This document shows, one piece after another, positions 7,530 to 16,977 of a DNA stretch of 50,512 bases. The notes under the pieces are model-generated. The model ran no database searches. It was not told where the DNA came from and saw only the letters and a list, made by a program, of their open reading frames with translations. Position numbers and translations under genes: made by a program. This DNA is from Euryarchaeota archaeon UBA173 (lineage in GTDB: Archaea > Thermoplasmatota > Poseidoniia > Poseidoniales > Thalassarchaeaceae). Numbering within the stretch: the stretch's first letter is position 1; every line of letters starts with the position of its first letter. The DNA lies in contig DAJH01000030.1 in NCBI GenBank assembly GCA_002498925.1, forward strand, positions 611-51,122, read 5' to 3'.

Positions 7530-10500
7530 TCAGATTCTGAAGTTGTCATCGGGATTGTCCTCGTCCACTCCAGCAAGCCTTACCTGGCCCTCAGAGTCTA
7601 CGAATTCTCCAGCCTTTGTTACCGAGCTGTACATCTCAGACTCGTTTGATGAAGTCCTCAAGAGCATGCTGTCCCCAAGAGACGCGGTCATGTGACTGAT
7701 GATGGACTGCAAAGTGGCTATTGCCCGGTCTCTCTGATCGGATCCTATTTCGTGATCTGAGTATCTTGCTTCCTCGAAAATCGCAAAGAACTCATCGAGA
7801 TCCTCGGGTGGTGCTATCCCTCCAAGCATTGAGTTGAGGGCATCCTCGAACTCCCTGGTAGTCTCGTATACCTTCTTCATGGCCCCTCTCGAACGGAAGT
7901 ACCTGACTAGGTCCTTGTAGCAGTTGAAGATGGTCTGAATATAGTCATTTGAGGCCTTAAGGGACATCAGGGAGTCTGTCAGTATCCCCCGGATAATCTC
8001 GATTCTCCTTCTCTCGGCGTAGTTTCTGTACATTATCGCGCCGATGAGTATGGCGAAAGACAGAGCTATCAGGAGTACTACGGTGACTTGGGCGGTGAAG
8101 AAGCTGGTTTCACCTTCTGCCACAGTTGTATCCAACTTAATCAACGGGGTATTCTCAAGCGACTCTTCCTGGAAGAATGATGATCCTTGGAATTCTACTG
8201 TGACTCTCCATTGACCGTTTACAGCGCATGGCCCTCCTTGATCGCATTCAACTTGGCCTGGTATGTCATTGCCAGTGTACATGAATTGGAAGTCAGCAAC
8301 GCCTTGCTCGTTCGTCACGTCATATATCGGCTGAGTATTCACGTATCCCGATCCATTCCAGTACTGAATTCTGAAAATCACCGTCTCGCCTAGCACTGCA
8401 ACATCTAATCGGTCCCTGAGTATAGCAACGGAGCCAGTGATATTGTCACCGACACTGTAGCCGACAGGATCTGCCCAGTGATTCTTGAGTAAGATGTCGA
8501 CTCTGCTTCTGACTAGTACTTCTATGTCCATGAATGAGCTGTTAACGACTGGCGTAGTCTCTGCTCGGCAGCCGCCTGGTAGCTCTCTTTCTGGTTCATA
8601 CGCCACTCTCAGTGTTCTGAAGCCTTCTAGTGACTCCCCATCTGGTTCCACTCCTCTACGACTTGGATTGTCGTCAGGATCGCCTGAGAACCACTTCACC
8701 CAACCAGTTCCATCCTCGGTAGTCATGGTGGCTATTGGCCTGGTGTTTGTCTCTGGGTTGATGTAGATATTGAGGCATTTGCCGCCTATCGGATTACCAT
8801 TTACCTGAGTCAGAAGAGCTTCAACGTGGAATGATTCTTTCAAGTAAAGAACGGGGAATACTGAGCCGTTCTGGAAAGTGAAAGTATCGACGTCGGACCT
8901 GAATGGCCCAGCTTCCAAAATCTGTGTAGTGGAATTCGAGAAAACGGGGAACACACGAGTTGAGGTTGCATTGCTGTACCTGAACCTGTCATTGTTCTCG
9001 TAGGAGTTGAACTGGATATTCACTCTAGCTTGCCCGGCCTGAACACCAGTTAGGGGGCAGATAATGTCGAACAGCCCGTTGGCATCCGTTGTTCCTGGCA
9101 GACAGGAGACTACTCCGAGTCCGGCGTCTATCATCTCGTAGGTAACTCTGATTGCCCTGTTGGATAAGTTGGCTCCAAGCTCGTCCTGCAATTGTCCGGT
9201 GACGATCATTGGCTTCTCTATTGGCTGCCCGGTAGTTGGATCGATTTCAGACGTGTATACTATCTGGTCGTCAACTGATAAGTCGGTTCTGCCGATTAGG
9301 CTGAATCCATCGACCTGGAACTGCATGACCTTGCGGTAGTGATCGCTGTTGACGATTTGTGTGCATGGGTCCCATGCCCCGGAAGTTGCTAACATTTCTT
9401 GATCGAGTGGATCGCAACCCTCGTGCGGGAGGTTCTCTGCGAATCTCAGTATGACGTTCACGGGTCCGAATCCATCGGGTAGGAACGAGTCTGGGTCGTC
9501 TCGCAGAAGTTGTGGGTCCAACAGCATCTCGTGATGTATAGTGCCTGCATTCGGGCAGAGCGTATCGATTATCTGTCGGTGGGTTCTATCCTCGAAGTCG
9601 GTTCCTTCCATGATCAGGAGCACCTCGCCACCATTCTCATCACAGCCATCCAATGCCTGACCTAGGTCCTTCTCGAATGCTGTCCTGTTGTCATCTGTGA
9701 CCTGTCCGGAGAACTCCCAGATATCGCCTGCTTGCCGGATATTGGGAGTCGTACTCTGGAGGCTGACATAGGTTCTTGACACCACCCAGAGGTACGTATC
9801 AGAGGTACTGCCCTGTCTGAACGGATCGCCTGGGTATGTGTAGCCAAGGGAGAAGTTTCCTAATTCGTGGAATTCGTCTATGGTCAGGTTGACCTTGAAA
9901 ACGCCGTTATTGTCGGTTATCGCGACTCCCGCGGAGTTATCGGCGGACCACGTGTAATTTATCGGGGCGTCCCTGACTGGCTGGTATGCGTTGTCTATCA
10001 GTCTCGCCTCTATGGTAACATTCTGACCCCTGTAGAGACGAGGTATTGTGTTGTATTGGAAGTCTGTTGTTCCGATTACTGAGACGTTGACGTAAGCACC
10101 TGTCGGTGCGAGAACCGTAGTTTGGTTTCCGGTGAAGTAGAAATTTGAGTTGGTGAAATCAGCCCTTATTCCGTAAACTCCTGCCGAGTACTGGGAGTAC
10201 CATGTCCAATTGTAATCGAATTGGGCCACTCCGTTAACCATGTCTGGGACTCGTGCATAACCAGTCTCAGTAGAGCCTGCGAATACCCCATTCCCATCTA
10301 CGTCGACCTGTAGTGCCATGGGATCAAAGGGCCAAGGCGTCATGGTGCGGTTCCATACGGAACCGATGACTCTCAGGGTCTCCCCTGTGAACATCTCTGG
10401 TACTATTTCACAGCGTACTTCGCTCTGAGGATCTAGCGGATCGACCGGACCACACGGTGGGACGTTGAAATCCCCGCCGTTCTGCATAGCGATGAACCAG

Positions 10501-13500
10501 TGTGTTCCATTGGAGGATAGGAATGGCCTAAGATTGGCCGCCTCCCCTGTTAGCGTCTGCGGATCTCCATCCCAGAGCATCGAGTACTGCTTACCTAGGC
10601 TCACTTCTGAATAGTCCAAATTAGCATTGGATAGCGAGGGGGCGTGGAAGAGAGCCCTCCATGCTCCGAAGGACGAGCCTGTGAACTGTGTGGAGTCCCA
10701 GAAGTAGACTGGCCTGATGGATGGGGTGATGATGTCAGCCTCGACGTACATCCTGTGCATCGAACGAATGTAGAATGTCTCTGTATCGCTGCCTTCTAGG
10801 TATGGCCACGGGAGCTCTGAGCCGAGATCTGGTCTCGAGAATGCAATGAATGCATAATCTCCAATTGGGAGGCTAGTCGCGGTGTAGTTGTATCTGCCCA
10901 CCACATTGTGTGTCTTGGAGAACTCGTTCCAAACGATCTCCTCATAGCCTCCTGGCACGGCTCCTGGCCCATTGTCCATGGTTGAATTCCATTGGACCTG
11001 CTTCCAAATCCCCTGGCTTCCTGATGTCTGAACGAATGTCAGAGAGACCCATCCCCCTGAGTCGGCCCTGTAACCGTACCCGTATCCGTCGAAAACGGTC
11101 GGGTGTGTGGTATTGCCGAATGGTCCGCCTGAAACCGTGAAGGACACAGGGGCGTATGGCAATTTATTATCGAATATTCCTCGTTCCCAATCAGCGGCAT
11201 AGTGCACTTTGTAGTCCACGAATAGTGGCTGCTCGTCACTTCTGAAGTACGTCCAAGCTACATAGTCGATGGTCGTGTTGGCCCTTATCTCGACCGGTAA
11301 TGGCTCCGTTGTTGCGCCATCGTGGATGAACATCTCTGTAACTTCCGCATAGATGTCGTAAGTCGTATTGGGTCCGACGGCCAAGTCTTCAGGGAACAGG
11401 TACTGACCTACCTCGAAGTTTCCATTCTCATCAGTGAGGACGTTGATTGTCTCCAATGCCTTGGTCCCATTTGCCGCCCAGTCAATATGGACTTGAACAG
11501 GTAGATCGGGGGCCGGGGTAAATACACCCTGGACCGGATCTAGCCAATTTACAGTGCCGTTGAACTTGGCGGGATAAAGTGCGTCGAGCCACAGGACGGA
11601 GTCCGTGGTGAGTGTGATTCTGGTTGGAATCTTGTCATCCTCGTCAGGTATTCCGTCATTGTCCGAGTCCCAGTCAGAAGAGAGGTTCCAGTCCTCCTCG
11701 AGATGGTCCCAATCGACGTCTGTTCTATTATCCGCGTCGTCGTCGTTGTCTATTGCGTCGGGACCTGTGCTTGGATCGGACGGATTTGCGATTCCAGACC
11801 CGTTTCCGAAGTCGTCGTGGTCCCAAGGGTTCGTGGACTCAGAATCAAATCTTGTGGGCCAAAGCATCACTTCGTCCTCGTCCAGCATTCCATCGGCGTC
11901 GTCATCCTCGTCGATATCATCCCTTAGTCCATCGTTGTCATGGTCCCAGGGCGAGATGAATGGCGTAGCTCCAGCCATCTCGATTACGTTGACTAGTCCA
12001 TCAGCATCCCAATCGTCTTCTGATTTACCATCGGGAATTCCGTCATTGTCATGGTCCCATGGGCTCTGCTCCTCTCCGACGAAGCAAAGCAGCTCCTGGG
12101 CCGAGTCCAGAATTCCATTGTTATCGTCATCTGGGTCCTCGCCATCCGGAATTCCGTCATTGTCATTGTCTACGTCATAGTACTTGGGAGACATCAGACC
12201 TTGGCCGAGTACCCCCTTGTCCCATACTGCCTGATACCAACCGTCTTGGTCGGGATCGGTGTCGGTGCCATCGTCGTCGTTGTCGTCACAGTTCGAACCT
12301 GTGAAGAATGAACCCGGGGGTTCGGTTCCGGCATCGTCATCGAGATCATCGTTACTGTCTACTTCGAAGTAATCCCATATCCCGTCGTTATCATCATCAA
12401 TATCCCAGTGATCGTAGACACCGTCGAAGTCGTCATCCAAATCTGCAGTGTCATTGAACATGCACTGTGGGTCCATATTGCCCGTCACGGGGGCACCGCA
12501 GTCGTCATCAGGGTCAACGTCATTGTTGAGAAGGTCGGCGACCTCATCTGGGAAGAAATTTGCATTGCTATCAGCGGTCCACTGGAATAATCCGTTGTTG
12601 AGTCCGATGTAGGCAATGAATAGGTCCCTATTATTCTTGATCTGATTGTATGAAACAGCTGCTGTGGGACTAGGGTTGCTCCCCGGATCGAAGGTGAACC
12701 AGAAGCAATTCTTGTTGCATGTCCACTGGCCATTGGAGTTGTTGCCAGTATAGGCTCCGTCATCCTGCTGTGCGTCTGGCCTGGTGCTGTATGGAGTAGT
12801 GTAAATCAACTGACCAGTCTGTGTCGCGTCCAATATCGGGTATCCGTAGAGCCAGGCGTACGCCAGACCGCACGCATTGTCCTCTGCAACGCCCTGGAGA
12901 ACGGCCCAGAGAAGGGTTGCTCCGCAGCTATTGTCATCGAATGAACCACCCATCTTGGGGTCATTGATGTCTAAGACTCCGTCGTTGCCTTCATCTTGAT
13001 CCCACCAGTCTGGCAGCCCATCTGCATCTTGGTCTGTGTCTATTCCATTGATCAAGGAGTCTCCATCGATATCTATGTCAAAGAAGTTGTCTCCGTTCCA
13101 GGGGCTCCACTTCATCAGCACGTACCAGTACATCTGTGGGACCTTCCCGTTTGTGAGAGGGACCGCAGTATCGTCGTAACCATTGTAGTTCAGTACGAAC
13201 TTATTCTCTACAGAGAACGGGTTGAACATCCATGATAGGTTCCAATAGAATGGATGTCCAATGTCGGCAGCGTAGATTTGGCCGTCGTCTGATCCGTCTA
13301 TTGGATCGCCGTCGCTATGGGAGTATGATTGGCCTGTGAATGGATCCGTGTTGTCGATATCGACGAATCCACAGTTTCCGTCATCGGGATCGTAGTAGTC
13401 GGACAGGCCGTCGTTGTCGTCGTCCCAATCCTCGTCGTTTGCTAGACCGTCTCCATCGACGTCCGTGTCTATATCATTGGGTCCGTCGTCTCGGAACTTC

Positions 13501-15224
13501 GACCCATTCAGTAGGTGGAGGTCATTATCATCATCGAGATCGCAGTTTGGATCGATGTCGAGCCAATCTAGAATTCCGTCGTTGTCGTCATCGACATCCT
13601 CCCAGTTGTTTATGCCGTCGCCATCCCAGTCATTGTTTCCTGTGTATGACTTTCTTTCAGTGAAACAGCGGGGGTCCGAGTTCACGGGGTTAGGGTTTGA
13701 GAGACTGGGGCAATTCCATGTTGCCACTAGATCCTCGCTAGCGTTCATGAAAGAGTCTTCTTCGTTGGTCACTCCATCATCATCTAAGTCAAACGGAATG
13801 TTTCCAGGAATTGCAATCGGGGAGCCTACGGGGTTGTCGGGGAACTCTGAACCTCCCATGTCTGTATCGATCCAATCCCAAACCAAATCGTAGTCTTGGT
13901 CTATTGGGCGATACCTATCATCATCGAGATCTCTGTCATAGTCAATCTCGCAGTCCCTACCGGGAGTTGTGATGTTGTAGTTGATCGGGTAGTCGCCCTC
14001 TCCATCGCCGTTGGTATCGGTCTGCAGGCATGTATCGGGCACCCCATCGTTGTCGTCGTCCACGTCATACATATCCGCTAGTCCGTCGTTGTCGTCGTCA
14101 GTGTCTGCCGAATCAGGGGTTCCGTCGTTGTCATTATCGGGGTCTAGGAAATTTGGAATTCCGTCGCCGTCTAGGTCTCCGTCAAAGATCTCGGTGAAAG
14201 CCTGTGTTCCGTTTCTGGGATGCCAGGCCTTCTCTCTCTCGACAAAGTCCACGCCGCCGACGTAGTCCATGTATGATGTATTGGCAACTACTCTGGCGCT
14301 ATCCCAAAGTGAGGCCGAGGAGGAGATGTTTCCTGTGAGGAGGCTGTCCCATGGGTTCTCGTCCCATAGGTCGATGACGCCATCGTTATCATCGTCGTCA
14401 TCGAAGTAATCCTGATGCCCATCTTGATCAAAGTCGCAAGGCCATACGAACTGGTCTATCCTTCCATCGTTGTCGTCGTCCTCGTCGTATGAGTCTGGTC
14501 CCGAACCGTCTGTATCGTCATCGGTTACTCCATCGTTGTCGTGGTCCATTGGGTTCTGGTCTACTCGGTATCCGACGCCGACCGGTGTACCGGTCCACGG
14601 GTGCACGGTAGATGGGACTAGGTAGCGGTCCATCGAGACGTTCCGCGGATCTGCTCCCTGTGAGTAGTCGATTGGCCCCTCTAGGATTCCGTCGTTGTCG
14701 TCGTCCCAGTCAAACTCGTCAAGAACGCCGTCGTTGTCGTGGTCAAACTGGTGTGTTCCTATACATCCATCGAACATTTCGATTAGGTCGTTGATTCCGT
14801 CGTTGTCGTCGTCCAAGTCATTCAGGTCGTTGATTCCGTCGTTGTCGTGGTCTTCGGTATTTGTTTCTTCCAAGAAGAACCCGTAGCTAGAGTCCAGATT
14901 CAATGCCGATGGGTCTGACACCTTCCCGTAAACTGACATTGGGTCGTGAAATGACGGGTTCATGAACTGCTCATGGAAGAATGGGTTCTCAGCTGCTGGC
15001 TGGCCTTGTGAGCCCCCTGCCATTGGACCGTCTGCTTGGTGAAATTGCTGAAATGCGGTTCTCTTAGCCACATCTCCCCAAACGGATTCCTCTTCGTCGT
15101 ATTTCTCAAAATCCTGGAAGGAGTACATCTGCGTACTGAAGAGCATGATCGCTACCATCATTATCGCAGATAGTGCCTTTCTAGGGTTCTCTTCCTTCTC
15201 CATATTACCAGCTCTAACTTTCAT
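7530..15224 (-). CDS. giant (~2,560 aa) type-I membrane surface protein: signal/anchor, TSP3-like Ca-binding repeats, beta-sandwich region, TM helix, DUF4129-like cytoplasmic tail
   Basis: Uninterrupted ORF 7530..15260 (GTG). ATG 15224 is preceded by GGTGG with a 4-nt spacer. The N-terminal hydrophobic segment is ALSAIMMVAIMLFSTQMY. There are 17 exact DNDG cores plus variants within aa ~137-1215. The remaining ectodomain is aromatic/Thr/Gly/Asn-rich and beta-like. The TM helix FFTAQVTVVLLIALSFAILIGAIMY lies at 8028..8102. A 165-aa tail follows. Confidence 0.85.
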   Translation of the reverse strand: MKVRAGNMEKEENPRKALSAIMMVAIMLFSTQMYSFQDFEKYDEEESVWGDVAKRTAFQQFHQADGPMAGGSQGQPAAENPFFHEQFMNPSFHDPMSVYGKVSDPSALNLDSSYGFFLEETNTEDHDNDGINDLNDLDDDNDGINDLIEMFDGCIGTHQFDHDNDGVLDEFDWDDDNDGILEGPIDYSQGADPRNVSMDRYLVPSTVHPWTGTPVGVGYRVDQNPMDHDNDGVTDDDTDGSGPDSYDEDDDNDGRIDQFVWPCDFDQDGHQDYFDDDDDNDGVIDLWDENPWDSLLTGNISSSASLWDSARVVANTSYMDYVGGVDFVEREKAWHPRNGTQAFTEIFDGDLDGDGIPNFLDPDNDNDGTPDSADTDDDNDGLADMYDVDDDNDGVPDTCLQTDTNGDGEGDYPINYNITTPGRDCEIDYDRDLDDDRYRPIDQDYDLVWDWIDTDMGGSEFPDNPVGSPIAIPGNIPFDLDDDGVTNEEDSFMNASEDLVATWNCPSLSNPNPVNSDPRCFTERKSYTGNNDWDGDGINNWEDVDDDNDGILDWLDIDPNCDLDDDNDLHLLNGSKFRDDGPNDIDTDVDGDGLANDEDWDDDNDGLSDYYDPDDGNCGFVDIDNTDPFTGQSYSHSDGDPIDGSDDGQIYAADIGHPFYWNLSWMFNPFSVENKFVLNYNGYDDTAVPLTNGKVPQMYWYVLMKWSPWNGDNFFDIDIDGDSLINGIDTDQDADGLPDWWDQDEGNDGVLDINDPKMGGSFDDNSCGATLLWAVLQGVAEDNACGLAYAWLYGYPILDATQTGQLIYTTPYSTRPDAQQDDGAYTGNNSNGQWTCNKNCFWFTFDPGSNPSPTAAVSYNQIKNNRDLFIAYIGLNNGLFQWTADSNANFFPDEVADLLNNDVDPDDDCGAPVTGNMDPQCMFNDTADLDDDFDGVYDHWDIDDDNDGIWDYFEVDSNDDLDDDAGTEPPGSFFTGSNCDDNDDDGTDTDPDQDGWYQAVWDKGVLGQGLMSPKYYDVDNDNDGIPDGEDPDDDNNGILDSAQELLCFVGEEQSPWDHDNDGIPDGKSEDDWDADGLVNVIEMAGATPFISPWDHDNDGLRDDIDEDDDADGMLDEDEVMLWPTRFDSESTNPWDHDDFGNGSGIANPSDPSTGPDAIDNDDDADNRTDVDWDHLEEDWNLSSDWDSDNDGIPDEDDKIPTRITLTTDSVLWLDALYPAKFNGTVNWLDPVQGVFTPAPDLPVQVHIDWAANGTKALETINVLTDENGNFEVGQYLFPEDLAVGPNTTYDIYAEVTEMFIHDGATTEPLPVEIRANTTIDYVAWTYFRSDEQPLFVDYKVHYAADWERGIFDNKLPYAPVSFTVSGGPFGNTTHPTVFDGYGYGYRADSGGWVSLTFVQTSGSQGIWKQVQWNSTMDNGPGAVPGGYEEIVWNEFSKTHNVVGRYNYTATSLPIGDYAFIAFSRPDLGSELPWPYLEGSDTETFYIRSMHRMYVEADIITPSIRPVYFWDSTQFTGSSFGAWRALFHAPSLSNANLDYSEVSLGKQYSMLWDGDPQTLTGEAANLRPFLSSNGTHWFIAMQNGGDFNVPPCGPVDPLDPQSEVRCEIVPEMFTGETLRVIGSVWNRTMTPWPFDPMALQVDVDGNGVFAGSTETGYARVPDMVNGVAQFDYNWTWYSQYSAGVYGIRADFTNSNFYFTGNQTTVLAPTGAYVNVSVIGTTDFQYNTIPRLYRGQNVTIEARLIDNAYQPVRDAPINYTWSADNSAGVAITDNNGVFKVNLTIDEFHELGNFSLGYTYPGDPFRQGSTSDTYLWVVSRTYVSLQSTTPNIRQAGDIWEFSGQVTDDNRTAFEKDLGQALDGCDENGGEVLLIMEGTDFEDRTHRQIIDTLCPNAGTIHHEMLLDPQLLRDDPDSFLPDGFGPVNVILRFAENLPHEGCDPLDQEMLATSGAWDPCTQIVNSDHYRKVMQFQVDGFSLIGRTDLSVDDQIVYTSEIDPTTGQPIEKPMIVTGQLQDELGANLSNRAIRVTYEMIDAGLGVVSCLPGTTDANGLFDIICPLTGVQAGQARVNIQFNSYENNDRFRYSNATSTRVFPVFSNSTTQILEAGPFRSDVDTFTFQNGSVFPVLYLKESFHVEALLTQVNGNPIGGKCLNIYINPETNTRPIATMTTEDGTGWVKWFSGDPDDNPSRRGVEPDGESLEGFRTLRVAYEPERELPGGCRAETTPVVNSSFMDIEVLVRSRVDILLKNHWADPVGYSVGDNITGSVAILRDRLDVAVLGETVIFRIQYWNGSGYVNTQPIYDVTNEQGVADFQFMYTGNDIPGQVECDQGGPCAVNGQWRVTVEFQGSSFFQEESLENTPLIKLDTTVAEGETSFFTAQVTVVLLIALSFAILIGAIMYRNYAERRRIEIIRGILTDSLMSLKASNDYIQTIFNCYKDLVRYFRSRGAMKKVYETTREFEDALNSMLGGIAPPEDLDEFFAIFEEARYSDHEIGSDQRDRAIATLQSIISHMTASLGDSMLLRTSSNESEMYSSVTKAGEFVDSEGQVRLAGVDEDNPDDNFRI
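7689..7931 (-). other. DUF4129-like segment in the cytoplasmic tail of the giant protein
   Basis: IFNCYKDLVRYFRSRGAMKKVYETTREFEDALNSMLGGIAPPEDLDEFFAIFEEARYSDHEIGSDQRDRAIATLQSIISHM. The pattern is Y..L...L...G......T.REF......L..L...FE.ARYS....., which I recall for DUF4129 C-terminal domains of transglutaminase-like membrane proteins. Recognition is by eye only. Confidence 0.45.
11615..14850 (-). repeat. coding array of thrombospondin-type-3-like acidic Ca-binding repeats (D-x-D-x-D-G-x-x-D)
   Basis: Reiterated GAY-rich DNA encodes units such as DHDNDGINDLNDLDDDNDGINDL, WDHDNDGIPDG and DVDDDNDGVPD. On the opposite strand it creates the spurious Ser-rich ORFs in the track (e.g. 11605..12180, 13414..13893, 14011..14265). 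Confidence 0.75.
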
Positions 15225-15403
15225 TCGACCACCAAGACGTCCTTGATACCCTGGTTTCACTTATGAAAGAAGTGTACAATAAGCGGAAAAAGTATCATCA
15301 CCCAACTTGAGTATCAATCGCGGGTTAGTTTGGTTGAAATTGGGCTATTACCCCAAGGGGGCGGGGGAATCGAAGAAAGGTCCTTGGTAATTCGATATTG
15401 TAA

Positions 15404-15835
15404 TCACTCCCGATGATATGGCGATCCCCTGTTTATTTCACATGCTCTGTAGATCTGTTCCATCAGCATTACAGCGGCCATTTCATGTGGGAACGTCATC
15501 ATGGATAGGGAAATTGATGGGTACTTCTCCTTCATCTCCGAGCTGAATCCATCGGCTGGCCCTATTGCCATATTCAACGTCTTTTCCGACATCGAGGAGT
15601 CTTCAATGATTCTGGCAAAATCTAGACTTGATGTTTGCTTCCCTCTTTCATCTAGAATTATCACATCGCCGGGGATGGAGTTGATTCTTTGCTCGTACTC
15701 CTGTGTTGATTGCCTCCCTGAGTGGAGTTCTATGCTGATACCCCTGGTGGACACTCTCTTGGCATAGTTTTCAATCATCAATCTAGCTCCACCGTCCTTG
15801 GGCCTGCCATGAAGATGGACGACTACACGTGCCAT
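15404..15835 (-). CDS. rlmH: 23S rRNA (pseudouridine-N3)-methyltransferase RlmH (SPOUT family)
   Basis: Contains ILDERGKQTSSLDFARII, AIGPADGFS, LSLSMMTFPHEMAAVMLMEQIYRACEINRGSPYHRE. This matches the RlmH C-terminal knot and the HPYH-like terminus. Confidence 0.8.
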   Translation of the reverse strand: MARVVVHLHGRPKDGGARLMIENYAKRVSTRGISIELHSGRQSTQEYEQRINSIPGDVIILDERGKQTSSLDFARIIEDSSMSEKTLNMAIGPADGFSSEMKEKYPSISLSMMTFPHEMAAVMLMEQIYRACEINRGSPYHRE

Positions 15836-15912
15836 GAAACGGGAGGGGGGTCCACTCCTTGATAGGTTCGCAAAGCATCAAGAAACCTGACCATGTCGAA
15901 GGGGTGACTAAG

Positions 15913-16236
15913 ATGGGATGGTGGCCGTTCAGAAAGAGGCGTGAACTCGCCGGCAATGACCCACACATGAAGGGAGCGAGAGCTTGGATTCAGGACCTCC
16001 GGGAGATTTGCGAGAGGAATTACGAGAATCCCACGAGAGGGCAAAACAGAGTAAGAGAGATGCAAGTAGAGTGGACTGACTCCCATGCTCAAGGGGAGCT
16101 TGACGATTCTCTCCTGCAGGGTCTTGACAGAAGGGCATTCAGGCTACTCAGAGCCGATGAAGCGGAGTGGATAATGTGGCTCGATGACGAGGGTTTCTGG
16201 GAGCCTGGGTGGAAAGGCGGTTTCGACAGCGAGTGA
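15913..16236 (+). CDS. hypothetical protein
   Basis: ORF 15859..16236 (TTG). GGGGTGA at 15901-15907 precedes ATG 15913 (MGWWPFRKRREL). I recognised no motifs. Confidence 0.4.
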   Translation: MGWWPFRKRRELAGNDPHMKGARAWIQDLREICERNYENPTRGQNRVREMQVEWTDSHAQGELDDSLLQGLDRRAFRLLRADEAEWIMWLDDEGFWEPGWKGGFDSE

Positions 16237-16239
16237 TTT

Positions 16240-16935
16240 GTGATGTTTTTCTGGATCGGTTTGTTCCTCGTGGTGGGGATTGGGGTGCTGTCGTACAGCA
16301 GACACCAGCCATTCCCAGAGGTTAGCAGTAGGTTTGCCTACCTGCTTATTCTGATATCAGTGGTTTTTTGGATCTCAAGTACGGCGCCCAGGCCCACTTC
16401 TGATTCTGTTCCTGCAATTACCGCTGCTCTGGTAGGTGGAGTCTCCGTTGTCGTCGGAGTTAGGCACATGACCGTGACACACAAGGACGTCCTACTGGCT
16501 CCATTCGGAGGTGTACTGATGTGTGTGGGCACGATTAGTATGCTATCAGAAAGGTGGGCTGAGGCAGTTCAGTGGGAACAAATCGGATCATTCGTAATAG
16601 CCTCCCTGATAGTGATGCTCGAGATATATCTGATATTCCGAGGGCTGGTTATCGGGGTCAAGGGCTTGTCCTGGTCAAAGTCGGGCCTGAGGCAGGTCAG
16701 GAGGGGGCTTATCGACGGACCGAATGGTGCTATATCCCACTTCGAAAAGTCATGGGATTCAGAGGATCAATGGCTTACTGCGATGAGCCATGCAGCACTT
16801 TCTATGATTCATGCCCATAGGGGCGACTCTGGAAAGGAGTCGTTTCATGAGACCGAATTGGGGAAACTCGGTGGTTGGGAGTCAGTGGATGAGTCTTGGA
16901 AGGTAGCCATTCGCGAGTCGTTGGACCAACTTTGA
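16240..16935 (+). CDS. multi-pass membrane protein, unknown function
   Basis: About 5 hydrophobic helices (FFWIGLFLVVGIGVL, YLLILISVVFWISS, AITAALVGGVSVVVGV, FGGVLMCVGTISML, FVIASLIVMLEIYLIF) and a soluble C-terminus. It starts 4 nt after the previous stop. Confidence 0.55.
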   Translation: MMFFWIGLFLVVGIGVLSYSRHQPFPEVSSRFAYLLILISVVFWISSTAPRPTSDSVPAITAALVGGVSVVVGVRHMTVTHKDVLLAPFGGVLMCVGTISMLSERWAEAVQWEQIGSFVIASLIVMLEIYLIFRGLVIGVKGLSWSKSGLRQVRRGLIDGPNGAISHFEKSWDSEDQWLTAMSHAALSMIHAHRGDSGKESFHETELGKLGGWESVDESWKVAIRESLDQL

Positions 16936-16977
16936 CATCGGGGATGTTGATATCACCAAACCCGGCCGCAGGGTTCA

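Noticed and set aside
11605-14886. The cluster of short plus-strand ORFs and the highly reiterated DNA inside the giant gene, considered as a possible CRISPR array, satellite or independent small-protein genes.
   Set aside because: The repeats are in-frame codons for Asp-rich Ca-binding loops on the minus strand. They have variable length and sequence, with no fixed repeat/spacer periodicity. The plus-strand ORFs are their Ser-rich antisense.
15369-15396. A weak hairpin ATCGAA-n16-TTCGAT just after the rlmH stop, considered as a terminator.
   Set aside because: It has only 6 bp with a 16-nt loop and no following T-run. That is too weak to list as a feature.
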